Shown: in pieces, positions 1-12,418 of the stretch
Layout of the letters: the number at the start of each line of letters is the position of its first letter
Position numbering within the stretch: the first letter of the stretch is position 1
Assembly: GCF_963921235.1 (NCBI RefSeq)
Contig: NC_086108.1
Location: 85,934,001 to 85,998,000 of the forward strand
Source: Mobula hypostoma
Lineage: Eukaryota
DNA: 64,000 nt
Reading direction: 5' to 3'
Program-made: the position numbers and the translations under genes
The notes under the pieces: model-generated
What the model was told of the DNA's origin: nothing
The model's input: only the letters and a program-made list of their open reading frames with translations
Databases searched by the model: none

Positions 1-597
1 CAGTTGTACAGGGCCTTGGTGAGACCACACCTGGAGTATTGTGTGCAGTTTTGGTCCCCTAATCTGAGGAAAGACATCCTTGCCATAGAGGGAGTACAAA
101 GAAAGTTCACCAGATTGATTCCTGGGATGGCAGGACTTTCATATGAAGAAAGACTGGATGAACTGGGATTGTACTCGTTGGAATTTAGAAGATTGAGGGG
201 GGATCTGATTGAAACATATAAGATCCTAAAGGGATTGGACAGGCTAGATGCAGGAAGATTGTTCCCGATGTTGGGGAAGTCCAGAACGAGGGACCACAGT
301 TTGAGGATAGAGGGGAAGCCTTTTAGGACCGAGATTAGGAAAAACTTCTTCACACAGAGAGTGGTGAATCTGTGGAATTCTCTGCCACAGGAAACAGTTG
401 AGGCCAGTTCATTGGCTATATTTAAGAGGGAGTTAGATATGGCCATTGTGGCTACGGGGATCAGGGGGTATGGAGGGAAGGCTGGGGCGGGGTTCTGAGT
501 TGGATGATCAGCCATGATCATAATAAATGGCGGTGCAGGCTCAAAGGGCCAAATGGCCTACTCCTGCACCTATTTTCTATGTTTCTATGTTTCTATG
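1..597 (+). mobile_element. CR1 LINE 3' end (RT C-terminus, 3'UTR, terminal repeat)
   Basis: ORF 4..498 has LVRPHLEYCVQFWSP and FFTQRVVNLWNSLP; 3'UTR stem GGTGCAGG..CCTGCACC; ends in (TTCTATGT)n. Confidence 0.95.
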
Positions 598-740
598 AAC
601 CCTCTCCAATGTAAGCACATTCCTTTTTAAATAAGTGGCCCAAGACTGCTCACAATACTCCAAGTGAGGCCTCACCAGTGCCTTATACAACCTTAACATT
701 ACATCATTGCTATTTAATTCTAGGCCTCTTGAAATTAATA
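598..740 (-). mobile_element. Older CR1 RT fragment
   Basis: Minus strand translates to DVMLRLYKALVRPHLEYCEQ..LTLERV. Confidence 0.8.
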
Positions 741-743
741 CTA

Positions 744-3700
744 TAAGACCATAAGATATAGGAACAGAAGCAGGCCATTCAGCCCATCAAATCTGCTTTG
801 CCATTTAATCATGAGCTGATCCAATTCTTCCAGTCATCCCCACTCCCCTGCCTTCTCCCCATACCCTTTGATGCCCGGGCTAATAAAGAACTTATCTGTC
901 TCTGCCTTAAATACACCCAATGACTTGGCCTCCACAGCTGCCCGTGGCAAAAAATTCCACGGATTTACCACCCTCTGACCAATGTAATTTCTCCGCATCT
1001 CTGTTCTCAACAGATGTCCTTCAATCCTGAAGTTGTATCTTCTTGTCCTAGACTCCCCTACCATGGAAAATAACTTTAGCATATCTAATCTGTTCAGGCC
1101 TTTTAACATTCAGAATGTTTCAATAAGATCCCCCCCTCATTCTCCTGAAATCCAGGGAATACAGCCCAAGAGCTGCCAGACATTCCTCATACGGTAACCC
1201 TTTCATTCTTGGAATCATCCTCATGAATCTTCTCTGAACCTCCCAATGTCACTATATCCTTTCTAAAACAAGGAGCCCAAAACTGCACACAATACTCCAA
1301 GTGTGGTCTCATGAGTGCCTTATCAAACCTCAACATCACATCCCTGCTCTTATATTCTATACCTCTAGAAATAAATGCCAACATTGCATTCACCTTCTTC
1401 ACAACTGACTTAACCTTTAGGATATCTTGCACAATGACTCCCAGGTCCCTTTGCATCTCTGCATTTTGAATTCTTTCCCCAACTAAATAATAGTCTGCCT
1501 GTTTATTTGTTCCAGCAAAGTGCATGACCATACACTTTCCAACATTGTATTTCATTTGCCACTTCTTTGCCCATTCCTCTAAACTATCTAAGTCTCTCTG
1601 GAGGCTCTCTGTTTCCTCAATGCAACCAACTGCTCCACCCATCTTTGTATCATCAGCAAATTTAGCCACAAATCCATTAATCCTATAGTCCAAATCATTG
1701 ACATACATCGTAAAAGCAGCGGTCCCAACACCGACCTCTGTGGAACTCCACTGGTAACCAGCAGCCAGCCAGATACCCATGTTAGTAACTCCCCTGTAAT
1801 TCCATGGGCTCTTATCTTGCTAAGCAGCCTCCTGTGTGGCACCTTGTCAAAGGCCTTCTGAAAATCCAAGTACACCACATCTACTGCATCTCCTTTCTCT
1901 ACCCTGCTTGTAATTTCCTTAAAAAATTGCATTAGGGTAGTCAAGCAAGATTTTTCTTTCAGGAAATTATGTTGGCTTTGGCCTATTTTGTCATGTGCCT
2001 CCAGGTATTCCATAATCTCACCCTTAACAATCGATTCCAACAACTTTCCAACCACTGATGTCAGGCTAACAGGTCTATAGTTTCCTTTCTGCTGCCTCCC
2101 ACCCTTCTTAAATAGCGAAGTAATATTTGCAGTTTTTCAGGCATCCGGAACAATGCCAGAATCTATCGATTCTTGAAAGGTCATTGTTAATGCCTCCGCA
2201 ATCTCTCCAGCTACTTCGTTCAGAACCCAAGGGTGCATTCCATCAGGTCCAGGAGATTTATCCACCCTCAGACCATTAAGCTTCCTGAACACCTTCTCAG
2301 TCGTAATTTTCACTGCACAAACTTCACTTCCCTGACGCTCTTGGATGTCCGGTATACTGCAGATGTCTTCCACTGTGAATACTAATGCAAAATACGCATT
2401 CAGTTCCTCTGCCATATCTGCGTCTCTCATTACAATATCTCCAGCATCATTTTCGATTGGTCCTATATCTACCCCCAACTCTCTTATACCCTTTATATAC
2501 TTAAAAAAGCTTTTAGTATCTTCTTGGATATTAGTCACCAGCTTCCTTTCATAATTCATCTTTTCCTTCTTAATGACCTTCTTAGTTTCTTTCTGCAAGT
2601 TTTTAAAAGCTTCCCAATCCCCTATCTTCCCTCTAGTTTTGGCTTCCTTGTATGCCCTCTCTTTTGCTTTTACTTTGGCTCTGATTTCACTTGTCAGCCA
2701 CAGTAGTGTCCTTCTTCCATTCGAAAATTCTTCTTATTTGAAATATATCTGTCTTGCACTTACCTTATTTTTCACAGAAACTCCAGCCGTTGCTGCTCTG
2801 GTGTCCTTCCTGCTAGTATCCCTTTCCAGTCAACCTTGGCCAGTACCCCTCTCATGCCATTGTAATTTCCTTTATTCTACTGAAATACCGACACATTGGA
2901 ATTTAGTTTCTCCTTCTCAAATTTCAAAGTGAACTTGATCATATTGTGATCACTATTCCATAAGGATTCCTTAACCTTAAGCTCTCTTATCACCTCCGGA
3001 TCATTGCAGGACACTCAATCCAGCACAGCCAATCTCCTAGTGGGCTCAACAACAAGCTGTTCTAAAAAGCCATCCCTTAGACATTCTACAAATTCTCTCT
3101 CTTGAGGACAAGTACTGGACTGGTTTTCCCAATCCACTTTCATGTTAAAATCCCCAATGATTATTATGACATTGCCCTTCTGACACACCTTTTCTATCTC
3201 CTGCTGTAATTTGTAATCCACATCCCAGCTGCTGTTTGGAGGCCTGTATACAACTGCCATTATGGTTCTTTTACCCTTCCCATTTCTCAATTCAACCCAT
3301 AGAGACTCTACACCTTTCGATCCTATGTCATCTCTTTCTAATGATTTAATATTATTTCTTATACATAGAGCCACATCACCCCCTCTGCCAACTAACCTAT
3401 CTTTCCGATACAATGTATATCCTTGGACATTCAACTCCCAATGGCAGCCATCCTTTAGCCAAATTTCAGAGATGGCAGCAATGTCATACTTGCCAATCTG
3501 TAGCTGAATTTCAAGATTGTCCATTTTATTTTTTATGCTGCATGCATTCAAATGCAAAGCTTTCAGTCCAGTATTGTTGCTTTCTGTTTTAACTGCACCA
3601 TGCCTCTATTGCCCTGAAACTCATCCCACTGGCTGTGATTATGCCTCATCTCCCGCCTATCCGTTCTATCATCTCTGTTGCACACTCTCTTTGATTTATT

Positions 3701-4075
3701 TCTGTTTTCCCCTTCTTCAGCCCTATCACTCCGGTTCCCATCCCCCTGCCAAATTAGTTTAAATCCTCCCTAGCAGTTCTATTCAACCTGCCTGCTAGGA
3801 TATTGAAGTCCTTTGGGTTCAGGTGTAACCCATCCTTTTTGTACAGGTTGTACCTCCCCCAGGAGATGCCCCAATGATCCAGGAACCCAAAGCCCTGTCC
3901 CCTACACCAGTCTCTCAGCCACACATTAGTATGCCTGATTATACTATTCTTGCACTCATTAGCACTGGGCACAGGCAGCAATCACGAGATTATTACCCTG
4001 GAGGTCCTACTTTTCAGCTTCCTATCCAACCCCCTGAATTCTCTGTTCAGGACCTCCTCCTTTTTTCTACCTATG
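744..4075 (-). mobile_element. CR1 LINE, decayed, spanning the ORF1 3' part, ORF2 and 3' end
   Basis: APE endonuclease ORF 3015..3557 (VVYRPP, IIGDFN); RT pieces 834..2598 (YLDFQKAFDKVPH, FADDTK); tail (TCTTATGG)-like at 744-760. Confidence 0.95.
3754..4075 (-). pseudogene. CR1 ORF1 remnant, SGNH/GDSL esterase domain
   Basis: WLRDWC..GFGFLDHW..DGLHLN matches the esterase block V of CR1 ORF1p; lies just upstream of ORF2. Confidence 0.8.
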
Positions 4076-4089
4076 TAGCTGTTTAGCCT

Positions 4090-4830
4090 ACTCCAAGGTA
4101 AATCTAGTGCTTCTCTCCTTCATAGCCCTCCAATTTTCTTTCATCTATGTGCTTACCTATGTGTTGGCCCGTGGCCAAGTGGTTAAGGCATCAGTCTAGT
4201 GATCTGAAGATCGCTAGTTTGAGCCTCAGCTAAGTCAGCGTGTTGTGTCCTTGAGCAAGGCACTTAACCACACATTGTTCTGCGACAACACCAAGCTGTA
4301 TCGGCCCCAGTGCCCTTCCCTTGGACAACATCGGTGGCGTGGAGAGGGGAGACTTGCAACATGGGTAACTGCCAGTCTTCCATACAACCTTGCCCAGGCC
4401 TGCGACCTTCCAAGGCGCGAATCCATGGTCTCACGAGACTAACAGATGCCTATGTGCTTACCTAAGAGTCTCCTGTATGTCCTTAGTGTATCTACTCTAC
4501 CGCCAACCCACCTCTCCACCCCTTCCCCAGCAGTGTGTCCCATGCACCCATCACTTTGATATCCACCTTATACTATACTCCATTCACCTTAAAATTATGC
4601 CCTCAATTTCCACCATTCTATCAATGCCTCTTGTCATCTTATACACCTCTATGAGGACACCTTTCAACCTCTTTTGCGCCAATAGAAAATCCTTAGCTTG
4701 CTCAAACTTTTCTCATAAGAAATGCTCTCTGATCCAGGCAACATCCGGGTAAATCTCCTCTGTACCCTCTCTAAATCTTCCACATCCTTCCTATAAAAAG
4801 ACAAGCAGAGTGAACAGAATTTGCAGAAGT
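4090..4830 (-). mobile_element. CR1 3' fragment interrupted by a SINE
   Basis: ORF 4664..4915 contains RKDVEDLERVQRRFTRMLPG; continuous across the SINE TSD. Confidence 0.8.
4160..4449 (+). mobile_element. tRNA-derived SINE with CORE-like middle and 15-bp TSD
   Basis: A-box TGGCCAAGTGG; B-box-like GTTTGAGCC; GTGTCCTTGAGCAAGGCACTTAACC resembles the MIR/AFC core; perfect TSD CTATGTGCTTACCTA at 4145-4159 and 4450-4464. Confidence 0.85.
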
Positions 4831-5514
4831 ACCTGTATATAATAAATAGTATTACTGATCCATGGTTAAATTTACATCTGGTCAAGGGTGTTGTCTGTGT
4901 ACAACATTCCTTCAATTGACATCTTCTGGAGAGATCATGAAAGCATATATTTCACTTCTTTTAAGTCTTTTATGTTTGTTTTTCATCTTGAGTGTGAGTC
5001 TGGAACTGTTGGAGCTTATGATTTGCAGTTTGAAAATCATTTGGGAATTCCAGCGCTCTGCAGTCCCCAAGAGGATTCCGGGAGGCAGATGTGGCAAGTG
5101 TGGGCAGGTTGCAGGATGTGGTGGGAGCCAACATTTGACTCCATTTTGCCCATTAAAGCTTCCATTGTTTGCTGATTAAAGCGGCGATGGAGATTGAAAC
5201 ATTGAAGCGAATGTGAAAGTTTGGAGATCGTTTAGGTGCTTCAGCACTCTGCAGGCTCCAAGAGAATTCCAGGTGAGCAAACTTCATGGTGAAAAGTCTA
5301 CAGGATGGGGTGTGAGCCATCATGCAGACGTTTTTTTCTTTCTTGGCTTAGTGGCTACCCAGAGAAGAAGAATTACAGATTTGTATACTTTGATAATAAA
5401 AGAACCTTTGAACCTTTTTCAAACCTTTGAAGATCTATTTGTTCTATACACTGGAAACTATCCTTGCCCCAATTTGTTTGAGGAATTGAATATTCAGTGC
5501 AGGGATTGATATTT

Positions 5515-6090
5515 TACAGCTCTAGCAACGTGGGTTCAGTTGTGACTTCTGCTACTGCCTGTGTGGAATTCATATATCCTATCTGCATTTCATGCCTTTT
5601 CTCTGGGTGCTCCAGTTTCCTCCCACATTCCAAAGATAGGTTAGCTTGGAGATTATTTAGCCATTGTAAATTGCCCTTAGTGTGTAGGTGAGCAACAGGC
5701 TGAAGGGCATTTATTTATTTATTGGGATAAAGAGTGGAATAGGCCTTTCTGGCCCTTTGAGCTGCGTCTCTCAGCAATTCCCTGATTTAATCCTAGCCTA
5801 ATCATAGGACAATTTACAATGGCTAATTAACCGACCAACCAGTATGCCTTTGGAGGGAGGAAACTGGAGCATCCCGAAGAACTCATGCGGCCGTGGAAGC
5901 TACGATACAAACTCCTTACAGGCAGTGGTGGGATTTGAAACCGAGTCGTTGTACTGGAAACTGTTGTGCTAGCCATTACACTACTGTCCCTTCCCACATT
6001 TATGGGAAACTGGGAAGAATAATATGAGATTCATGTAGGATTAGTGTAAAAGGGGGTCAGTGGGCTACTTCTGTACTGTGTAATTCTGTG
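5515..6090 (+). mobile_element. V-SINE (HE1-like), interrupted by a second V-SINE
   Basis: V-domain GGGTGCTCCAGTTTCCTCCCACATTCCAAAGA and TGTAAATTGCCCTTAGTGTGT; tail resumes at about 6000-6090. Confidence 0.7.
5712..5990 (-). mobile_element. V-SINE (HE1-like)
   Basis: Reverse V-domain GGAGGAAACTGGAGCATCCC and GGACAATTTACAATGG; CR1-like 3' hairpin. Confidence 0.7.
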
Positions 6091-7714
6091 ACATGTTTGG
6101 TTTCACATCCATCAGCATTTGGTTCTTTGTTAGACGGATCCATTCCTCTCCTGATGGACATCCAAGACTACCTCCTCTTGGTCTTTCTCCCCAGATATCT
6201 CCCCTCCTCTAGCAACTTCCTTTCTTTGCACAAACATTGGTAGAACACACACATGAAAGACCTTTCACCAAATTTGTGGCATAAGACTTACAGCATGACA
6301 CTAAGCTTTGAACCATGTGGGCTTTGGAAGTTTGAGTGGCTGGTTCTTGAGGAAAAGTATATCAATTGGTCTGCATCAGACCCTCTGTTTAACCCATTTC
6401 TCTTGCTGTAAAACAATCTTGACTGATATCTTTTGATGAAAAATTGAACAGAGGTCTTTCTGGTAATCAAATTTCACATTTATGCATTGAGGAAAGCGCA
6501 TGCAATCCTGATCTGGAACTGCATTGTAGTTTCTCTGTTACTGTTGTTCAAAAGCCTAGAACTCCTTAACTAACAGCGCTGTGGGAGTACCTTCACCATC
6601 AGGACAAAAAGTATCAAGAAGGTGGCTCACCACAATCCTCTGGGAGAACATTGTGGGTTTATATTAAATACATGCATGAATTTTATAAGGCAGCATCCTG
6701 ATGTCTAGCTCAGTCTTCATCCTTCATCTGTTATCCCTGACTTACAGCAGATGCATTACCTGGCTTTTATTTCATTGATCTCTTGAGGGTGTTGCAAATA
6801 GGTTGTTATGTTTTCTATATTTTGGCGTTGGGTACAAATCAGAAGTGTTTTATTGGCTGCTTTGAGACATCGTGAAGCCATTCTTCCAATGATACTCAAT
6901 GCAGCAATTGAGATAAATAGAATATTCTGTAGATTACAATAAAATACATACTGAAGACAGCAAATATGAAAAAGAGGACATCTTGTACGTCTTAATGCAA
7001 TAAGACAGAGTACTCAATGCGACCTATGTGAAAGACTTGTGTAGACAGATTATACAGATGGTGAAAGAGTGACAGATTGTTGAAAAATTACAGGACAAAC
7101 ACTGATCTTTCACCTGTTTAGCCAAGCTTCACTCCAGTGCAGACAGTGGAGATGAATGATGTATCTCCCTGACAGGTGATAAGGGTGCAAAATGAAATTA
7201 ATTTTAACCAGCTTCATCCAATTACCATTCTAAGGAGGCACTAACCATACAGAGGAATACAGGAGAATTTTAAACCTCACGGAGCAAACAGCCCTGAGGC
7301 TGAGGGAAATTGTAACAGCAAGATAGAAAGAGCTTTGTGTTGCATCTGACTGGTGTTACATCTGGCTGCCCTTCCTGAGAAAAGGCCAGAGGATTTGTTT
7401 CATATAGTTGCTGAAGTCAGCACCAATTAATCTGAGTCTGATTTGAACTTTATTTTGCAATGTGTTCACAAGGAATAGGCGCAGCCCATTAGTTTGTTGT
7501 AAATAGGTAATTTGCCCCTTCCAGTCTGCTCTGACATTTATCAATATCATAGCTGATCTTGCACCACAATATCTCCAACGTAATAAACACAATGTAATAA
7601 ATCTTCTCATCCAGTCCAGAGAATGCAATACATATCAGCATCATTTCTAGGATCATTCTGCTTTGGACAAATTCATCGCTACAAGAAAGAAGTCTGGGAG
7701 AGGCTCTATGTACA

Positions 7715-7862
7715 TAATGGAAATTCTCAGTAGGTCAGGCAGCATAAATGGAGAGAGGAATAGAGCTAACATTAGTGACAGCACTAACAAAAGATCATTG
7801 ATTTGAAATGGTAACTATTTCCCACTGTTGATGCTTGAGCTTCTGAGTAATTCCAGCTAATT
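7715..7862. repeat. Degenerate Penelope-derived palindromic element
   Basis: CTCAGTAGGTCAGGCAGCAT... with an inverted counterpart GATGCT..CTGAGTAATTCCAGC. Confidence 0.55.
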
Positions 7863-7887
7863 TTGATCACCCATTTATTAGCCAATA

Positions 7888-8500
7888 AAACCATAGGATT
7901 ATACGACTATCAGCCTATTGAATTTGCTCTACCATTTAATCCTGGCTGATTTAGTTTCCCTCTCAATGCCATCCTCCTTCTTCTCCCTTTAACTTTCCAT
8001 GATGTTACTAATCACAAACCTTTCAACCTTTGCTTTAGATCCAGTGATTTGCTCTCCACAGCCATCTGTGGCAATAAACTCCATAGATTAACCACCATCT
8101 AGTTAAAGAAATTCCTCTTCATCTCTGTTATAAAAGGACATTCTTCTATTCTGAGCCTGCGCCCTCTGGTCCTCGACCTTCTCACTGTTGAAAACATCCT
8201 CTCCACATACATCTCTTTAGCCCTTAAAATGTGTTTCAATGAACATGACCACAATTCTATCATCCAGATCATTAACATTTCTCAAAGAATTCCAACAGGT
8301 TTGTCAGGCAAGATTTCCCCTTGAGGAAATCATGCTTCATTGGAACTATTTTATCATGTTCCTCCAAGTACCTGAAAAACTCATACTTAATAATTGAACC
8401 TAACATCTTGCTGACTACTGAATTCGGACCAACCAGTCTATAATTTCCTGTCTGTTTAATCCCTCCCTTCTTAAAGATTTAAGTGGCATTTGCAATTTTA
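7888..8500 (-). mobile_element. Old CR1 fragments (3' end plus RT piece)
   Basis: Degenerate similarity to the CR1 3'UTR and the NYRPVSLTSV/QHGF region. Confidence 0.65.
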
Positions 8501-8785
8501 GGATAAGATACACATAGGAAGGACAGGGTTTGAAAAGGGGTAGTCACATGGATTTGTACATAGGAGATCTATCTTACAAAGTTGACTGAGTTTTTTGATC
8601 AGACCAAGAAAGCTAATGAGAGCAGGGCAGTAGATGTGTTTTATCTGAATTTCAGTAACGCCTTAGAAGAGGTTTCACATGGTAGGTTGCTCTGGAAGGT
8701 TAGATCACATGGGATCTAGAAAGGGCAGGCTAATTGAATATACAATTAGCATGATGACAATTGGGTTGAAAGCAGAGTGTGATGA

Positions 8786-11013
8786 TGACAGTGACCACTG
8801 CTCCCTGGCCTTTAGCATTACCATGGAAAAGGATAGAATCAGAGAGGACAGGAAGATTTTTAATTGGGGAAGGGCAAATTATGAGGCTATAAGGCTAGAA
8901 CTTGCAGGTGTGAATTGGGATGATGTTTTTGCAGGGAAATGTACTATGGACATGTGGTTGATGTTTAGGGATCTCTTGCAGGATGTTAGGGATAAATTTG
9001 TCCTGGTGAGGAAGATAAAGAGTGGTAGGGTGAAGGATCCACGGGTGACAAGTGAGTGGAAAATTTAATCAGGGGAAGAAGGCAGCATACATGAGGTTTA
9101 GGAAGCAAGGATCAGATGGGTGTATCGAGAAATACAGAGTAGCAAGAAAGGAGCTTAAGAAGGGGCTGAGAAGAGCAAGAAGGTGGCATGAGAAGGCCTT
9201 GGTGAGTGGGGTAAAGGGGAACCCCAAGGCATTCTTCAATTATGGACAGGAGTGAAGGTAGGACTGATTAAAGATAAAGGTGGGAAGATGTGCCTAGAGG
9301 CTGTGGAAGTGAGCGAGGTCCTCAATGAGTACTTCTCTTTGGTATTCACCAATGAGAGGGAACTTGATGACGGTGAGGACAATATGAGTGAGGTTGTTGT
9401 TCTGGAGCATGTTGGTTTTAAGGGAGAGGAGGTGTTGGAGTTGTAAAAAATACATTAGGACAGATAAGTCCCCGAAGCCTTACGGAATATTCCCCAGGCT
9501 GCTCCACAGCGAGGGAAGAGATTGCTGAACCTCTGGCTAGGATCTTTATGTCTGTGTTGTCCACGGGAATGGTACCGGAGGATTGGAGGGAGGCAAATGT
9601 TGTCCCCTTGTTCAAAAAAGGTAGTAGGGATAGTCCGGGTAATTATAGACCAGTGAGCCTTACGTCTGTGGTGGGAAAGCTGTTGGAAAAGATTCTTAGA
9701 GATAGGATCTATGGGCATTTAGAGAATCATGGTCAGATTAGGGACAGTCAGCATGGCTTTGTGAAGGGCAGATCGTGTCTAACAAGCTTGATAGAGTTCT
9801 TTGAGGAGGTGACCAGGCATATAGATGAGGGTAGTGCAGTGGATGTGATCTACATGGATTTTAGTATGGCATTTGACAAGGTTCCACACAGTAGGCTTAT
9901 TCAGAAAGTCAGAAGGCATGGGATCCAGGGAAGTTTGGCCAGGTGGATTCAGAATTGGCTTGCCTGCAGAAGGCAGAGGGTCGTGGTGGGGGGAGTACAT
10001 TCAGATTGGAGGGTTGTGACTAGTGGGGTCCCACATGGATCAGTTCTGGGACCTCTAATTTTTGTGATTTTTATTAACGACCTGGATGTGGGGGTAGAAG
10101 GGTGGGTTGGCAAGTTTGCATATAACACAAAGGTTGGTGGTGTTATAGATAGTGTAGAGGATTGTCGAAGGTTGCAGAGAGACATTGACAGGATGCAGAA
10201 GTGGGCTGTGAAGTGGCAGATGGAGTTCAACCTGGAGAGGTGTGAGGTGGTACACTTTGGAAGGACAAACTCCAAGGCAGAGTACAAAGTAAATGGCAGG
10301 ATACTTGGTAGTGTGGAGGAGCAGAGGGATCTGGGGGTACATGTCCACAGACCCCTGAAAGTTGTCTCACAGGTAGATAGGGTAGTTAAGAAAGCTTATG
10401 GAGTGTTAGCTTTCATAAGTCGAGGGATAGAGTTTAAGAGGCGCGATGTAATGATGCAGCTCTATAAAACTCTGGTTAGGCCACACTTGGAGTATTGTGT
10501 CCAGTTCTGGTTGCCTCACTATAGGACGGATGTGGAAGCATTGGAAAGGGTACAGAGGAGATTTACCAGGATGCTGCCTGGTTTAGAGAATATGCATTAT
10601 CATCAGAGATTAAGGGAGCTAGGGCTTTACTCTCTGGAGAGAAGGAGGATGACAGGAGACATGATAGAGTTATACAAGATATTAAGAGGAATAGATAGAG
10701 TGGATAGCCAGCGCCTCTTCCCCAGGGCACCACTGCTCAGTACAAGAGGACATGGCTTTAAGGTAAGGCATGGGAAGTTCAAGGGCGATATTAGAGGAAG
10801 GTTTTTTACTTAGAGAGTGGTTGGTGCGTGGAATGCACTGCCTGAGTCAGTGGTGGAGGCAGATACATTAGTGAAATTTAAGAGACTACTAGACAGGTAT
10901 ATGGAGGAATTTAAGGCTGGGGGTTATATGGGAGGCAGGGTTTGAAGGTCTGCACAACATTGTGGGCCGAAGGGCCTGTACTGTGCTGTACTGTTCTATG
11001 TTCTATGTTCTAT
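8786..11013 (+). mobile_element. CR1 LINE, 5'-truncated
   Basis: Starts at the endonuclease SDH motif; RT ORF 9548..10813 (421 aa, catalytic motif decayed to FAYN); tail (TTCTATG)n at about 10994-11013. Confidence 0.95.
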
Positions 11014-11096
11014 GAATGTAATTTCTTGGAGTAGAGGCGTGTGACTGGTGGTGTGCCTCGGGGGTCAGCACTGGGCCTGTTTTTGTTTGTCATCCG

Positions 11097-11617
11097 CAAT
11101 CAGTGCCATGTTCTTCAGTACACATGTACACCTGCTCATTAATGCATATATCTAATCTACCAATCATGTGGCAGCAATTCAATATATAAATGCATATATT
11201 ATGGTCAAGATATTGAGATGTTGTTCAGACCAAACATAAGAATGGGGAAGAAATGTGATCTATGTGACTTTGACTGTGGAATGACTGTCACAGCCAAACG
11301 AGTGGTTTGAGTATCTCAGAAACAGCTAATCTCCTCGGATTTTAATGCACAACAGTCTCAGTAGTTAATAGAAAATTTAAAAAAAACATCTAGTGAGTGG
11401 CAGTTCTGTGGGTAAAAATGATTTGTTAATGAGAGAAGTCAAAGGAGAATAGCCAGAATTGTTCAAGCTGAGAGGAATGTGACAACAACTCAAACAACCA
11501 TGTGATACAACAGTGGTGTGCAGAAGAGCATCTGTGAATGTGCAACAAGTTGAACCTTGAGGTGGTTGGGCTACAACAGCAGAAGACCACAGGTGGTACT
11601 TGAGTGACCACTGAGTA
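11097..11617 (+). mobile_element. Tc1-like non-autonomous element with N-terminal transposase remnant
   Basis: MGKKCDL.DFD.GM..GLSISETANLLGF-like; right end GTGACCACTGAG then TA; same family as 50661-51210. Confidence 0.75.
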
Positions 11618-12249
11618 TATGTCAGTGAATTGGGTAACGTGTACAAGGCATGGATAATAGGATTCCTGATGACACTAGAAAAGGTGGAATTGCGAATAAT
11701 GAAGAAGGCTGCTCTAAAATTACAGAGGCATCTTGAATAAGCAGGCCAAGAAGTGGCAAATGGAATTTAATTTGAATAAGAATTAATGTTACATTTTGAA
11801 GTTAAATCCAGATAGGAAATTTGCGGTGAAAAACATAGCCGTGGGGAATGTTGTAGCATGGAGGGACCTTGAAATACAAATACATAATGTACTTAAAATG
11901 GAGTCGCAGGTAGATAGGGTAGTGAAGAAGTCTCTTGGCACACTGACCTTCACAAGAGAAGTTGAGTATAAAAGTTAGGAGGTCGTGATGCAGTTCTACA
12001 GGATGCTGATGAGTTCACATTTGGAGTTTTTGTTCAGTTTTTGTTGCCCTACTGCAGGAAAAATAATGCAAAAAAAAAACTACAAAGATGCTGCCAAGAC
12101 TTGAGGAACTAAGTTATTGAGAGAGGTTAGATAGTTTGGGGATTTATTCCTGAAAATGTAGGAGTCTGAGAGGAGATCTGTTAGAAGTGATTAAAATCTA
12201 GAAAGGATGGAGTTAGAAGCCAAAGTAAGAAGATGAAGGGAGAGGTTTC

Positions 12250-12418
12250 TACATTCTTATTTTGGCTTCTTCCCTCTTCCTTTCCAATGATGAAGGGTCG
12301 CAACCTGAAACATTGCCTCTTTATTGCCCTCCATAGATGCTGCCTGGCCTTCTGTGTTCCACCAGAATAGTGTGTGTGTTAGGCTGGATTTACAAATTAT
12401 GCAGAACCTCTTGTGTTT
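12250..12418 (+). mobile_element. Penelope-like 3' terminal fragment with degenerate hammerhead core
   Basis: TGATGA AGGGTCGCAACCT GAAAC, then CCATAGATGCTGCCTGG. Confidence 0.7.

Larger units (their letters stand above)
8500..12200 (+). mobile_element. Old CR1 RT region split by a younger CR1 and a Tc1 element
   Basis: Collinear degenerate RT pieces at 8500-8785, 11014-11095 and 11618-12200. Confidence 0.7.

Noticed and set aside
3754..3981. Possible host GDSL lipase gene
   Set aside because: Position and sequence fit the CR1 ORF1 esterase remnant.
4160..4235. Possible tRNA gene
   Set aside because: It is the head of a TSD-flanked SINE; no complete cloverleaf.
6555..6680. Possible ancient LINE 3' remnant
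   Set aside because: Similarity too short and degenerate to classify without a search.
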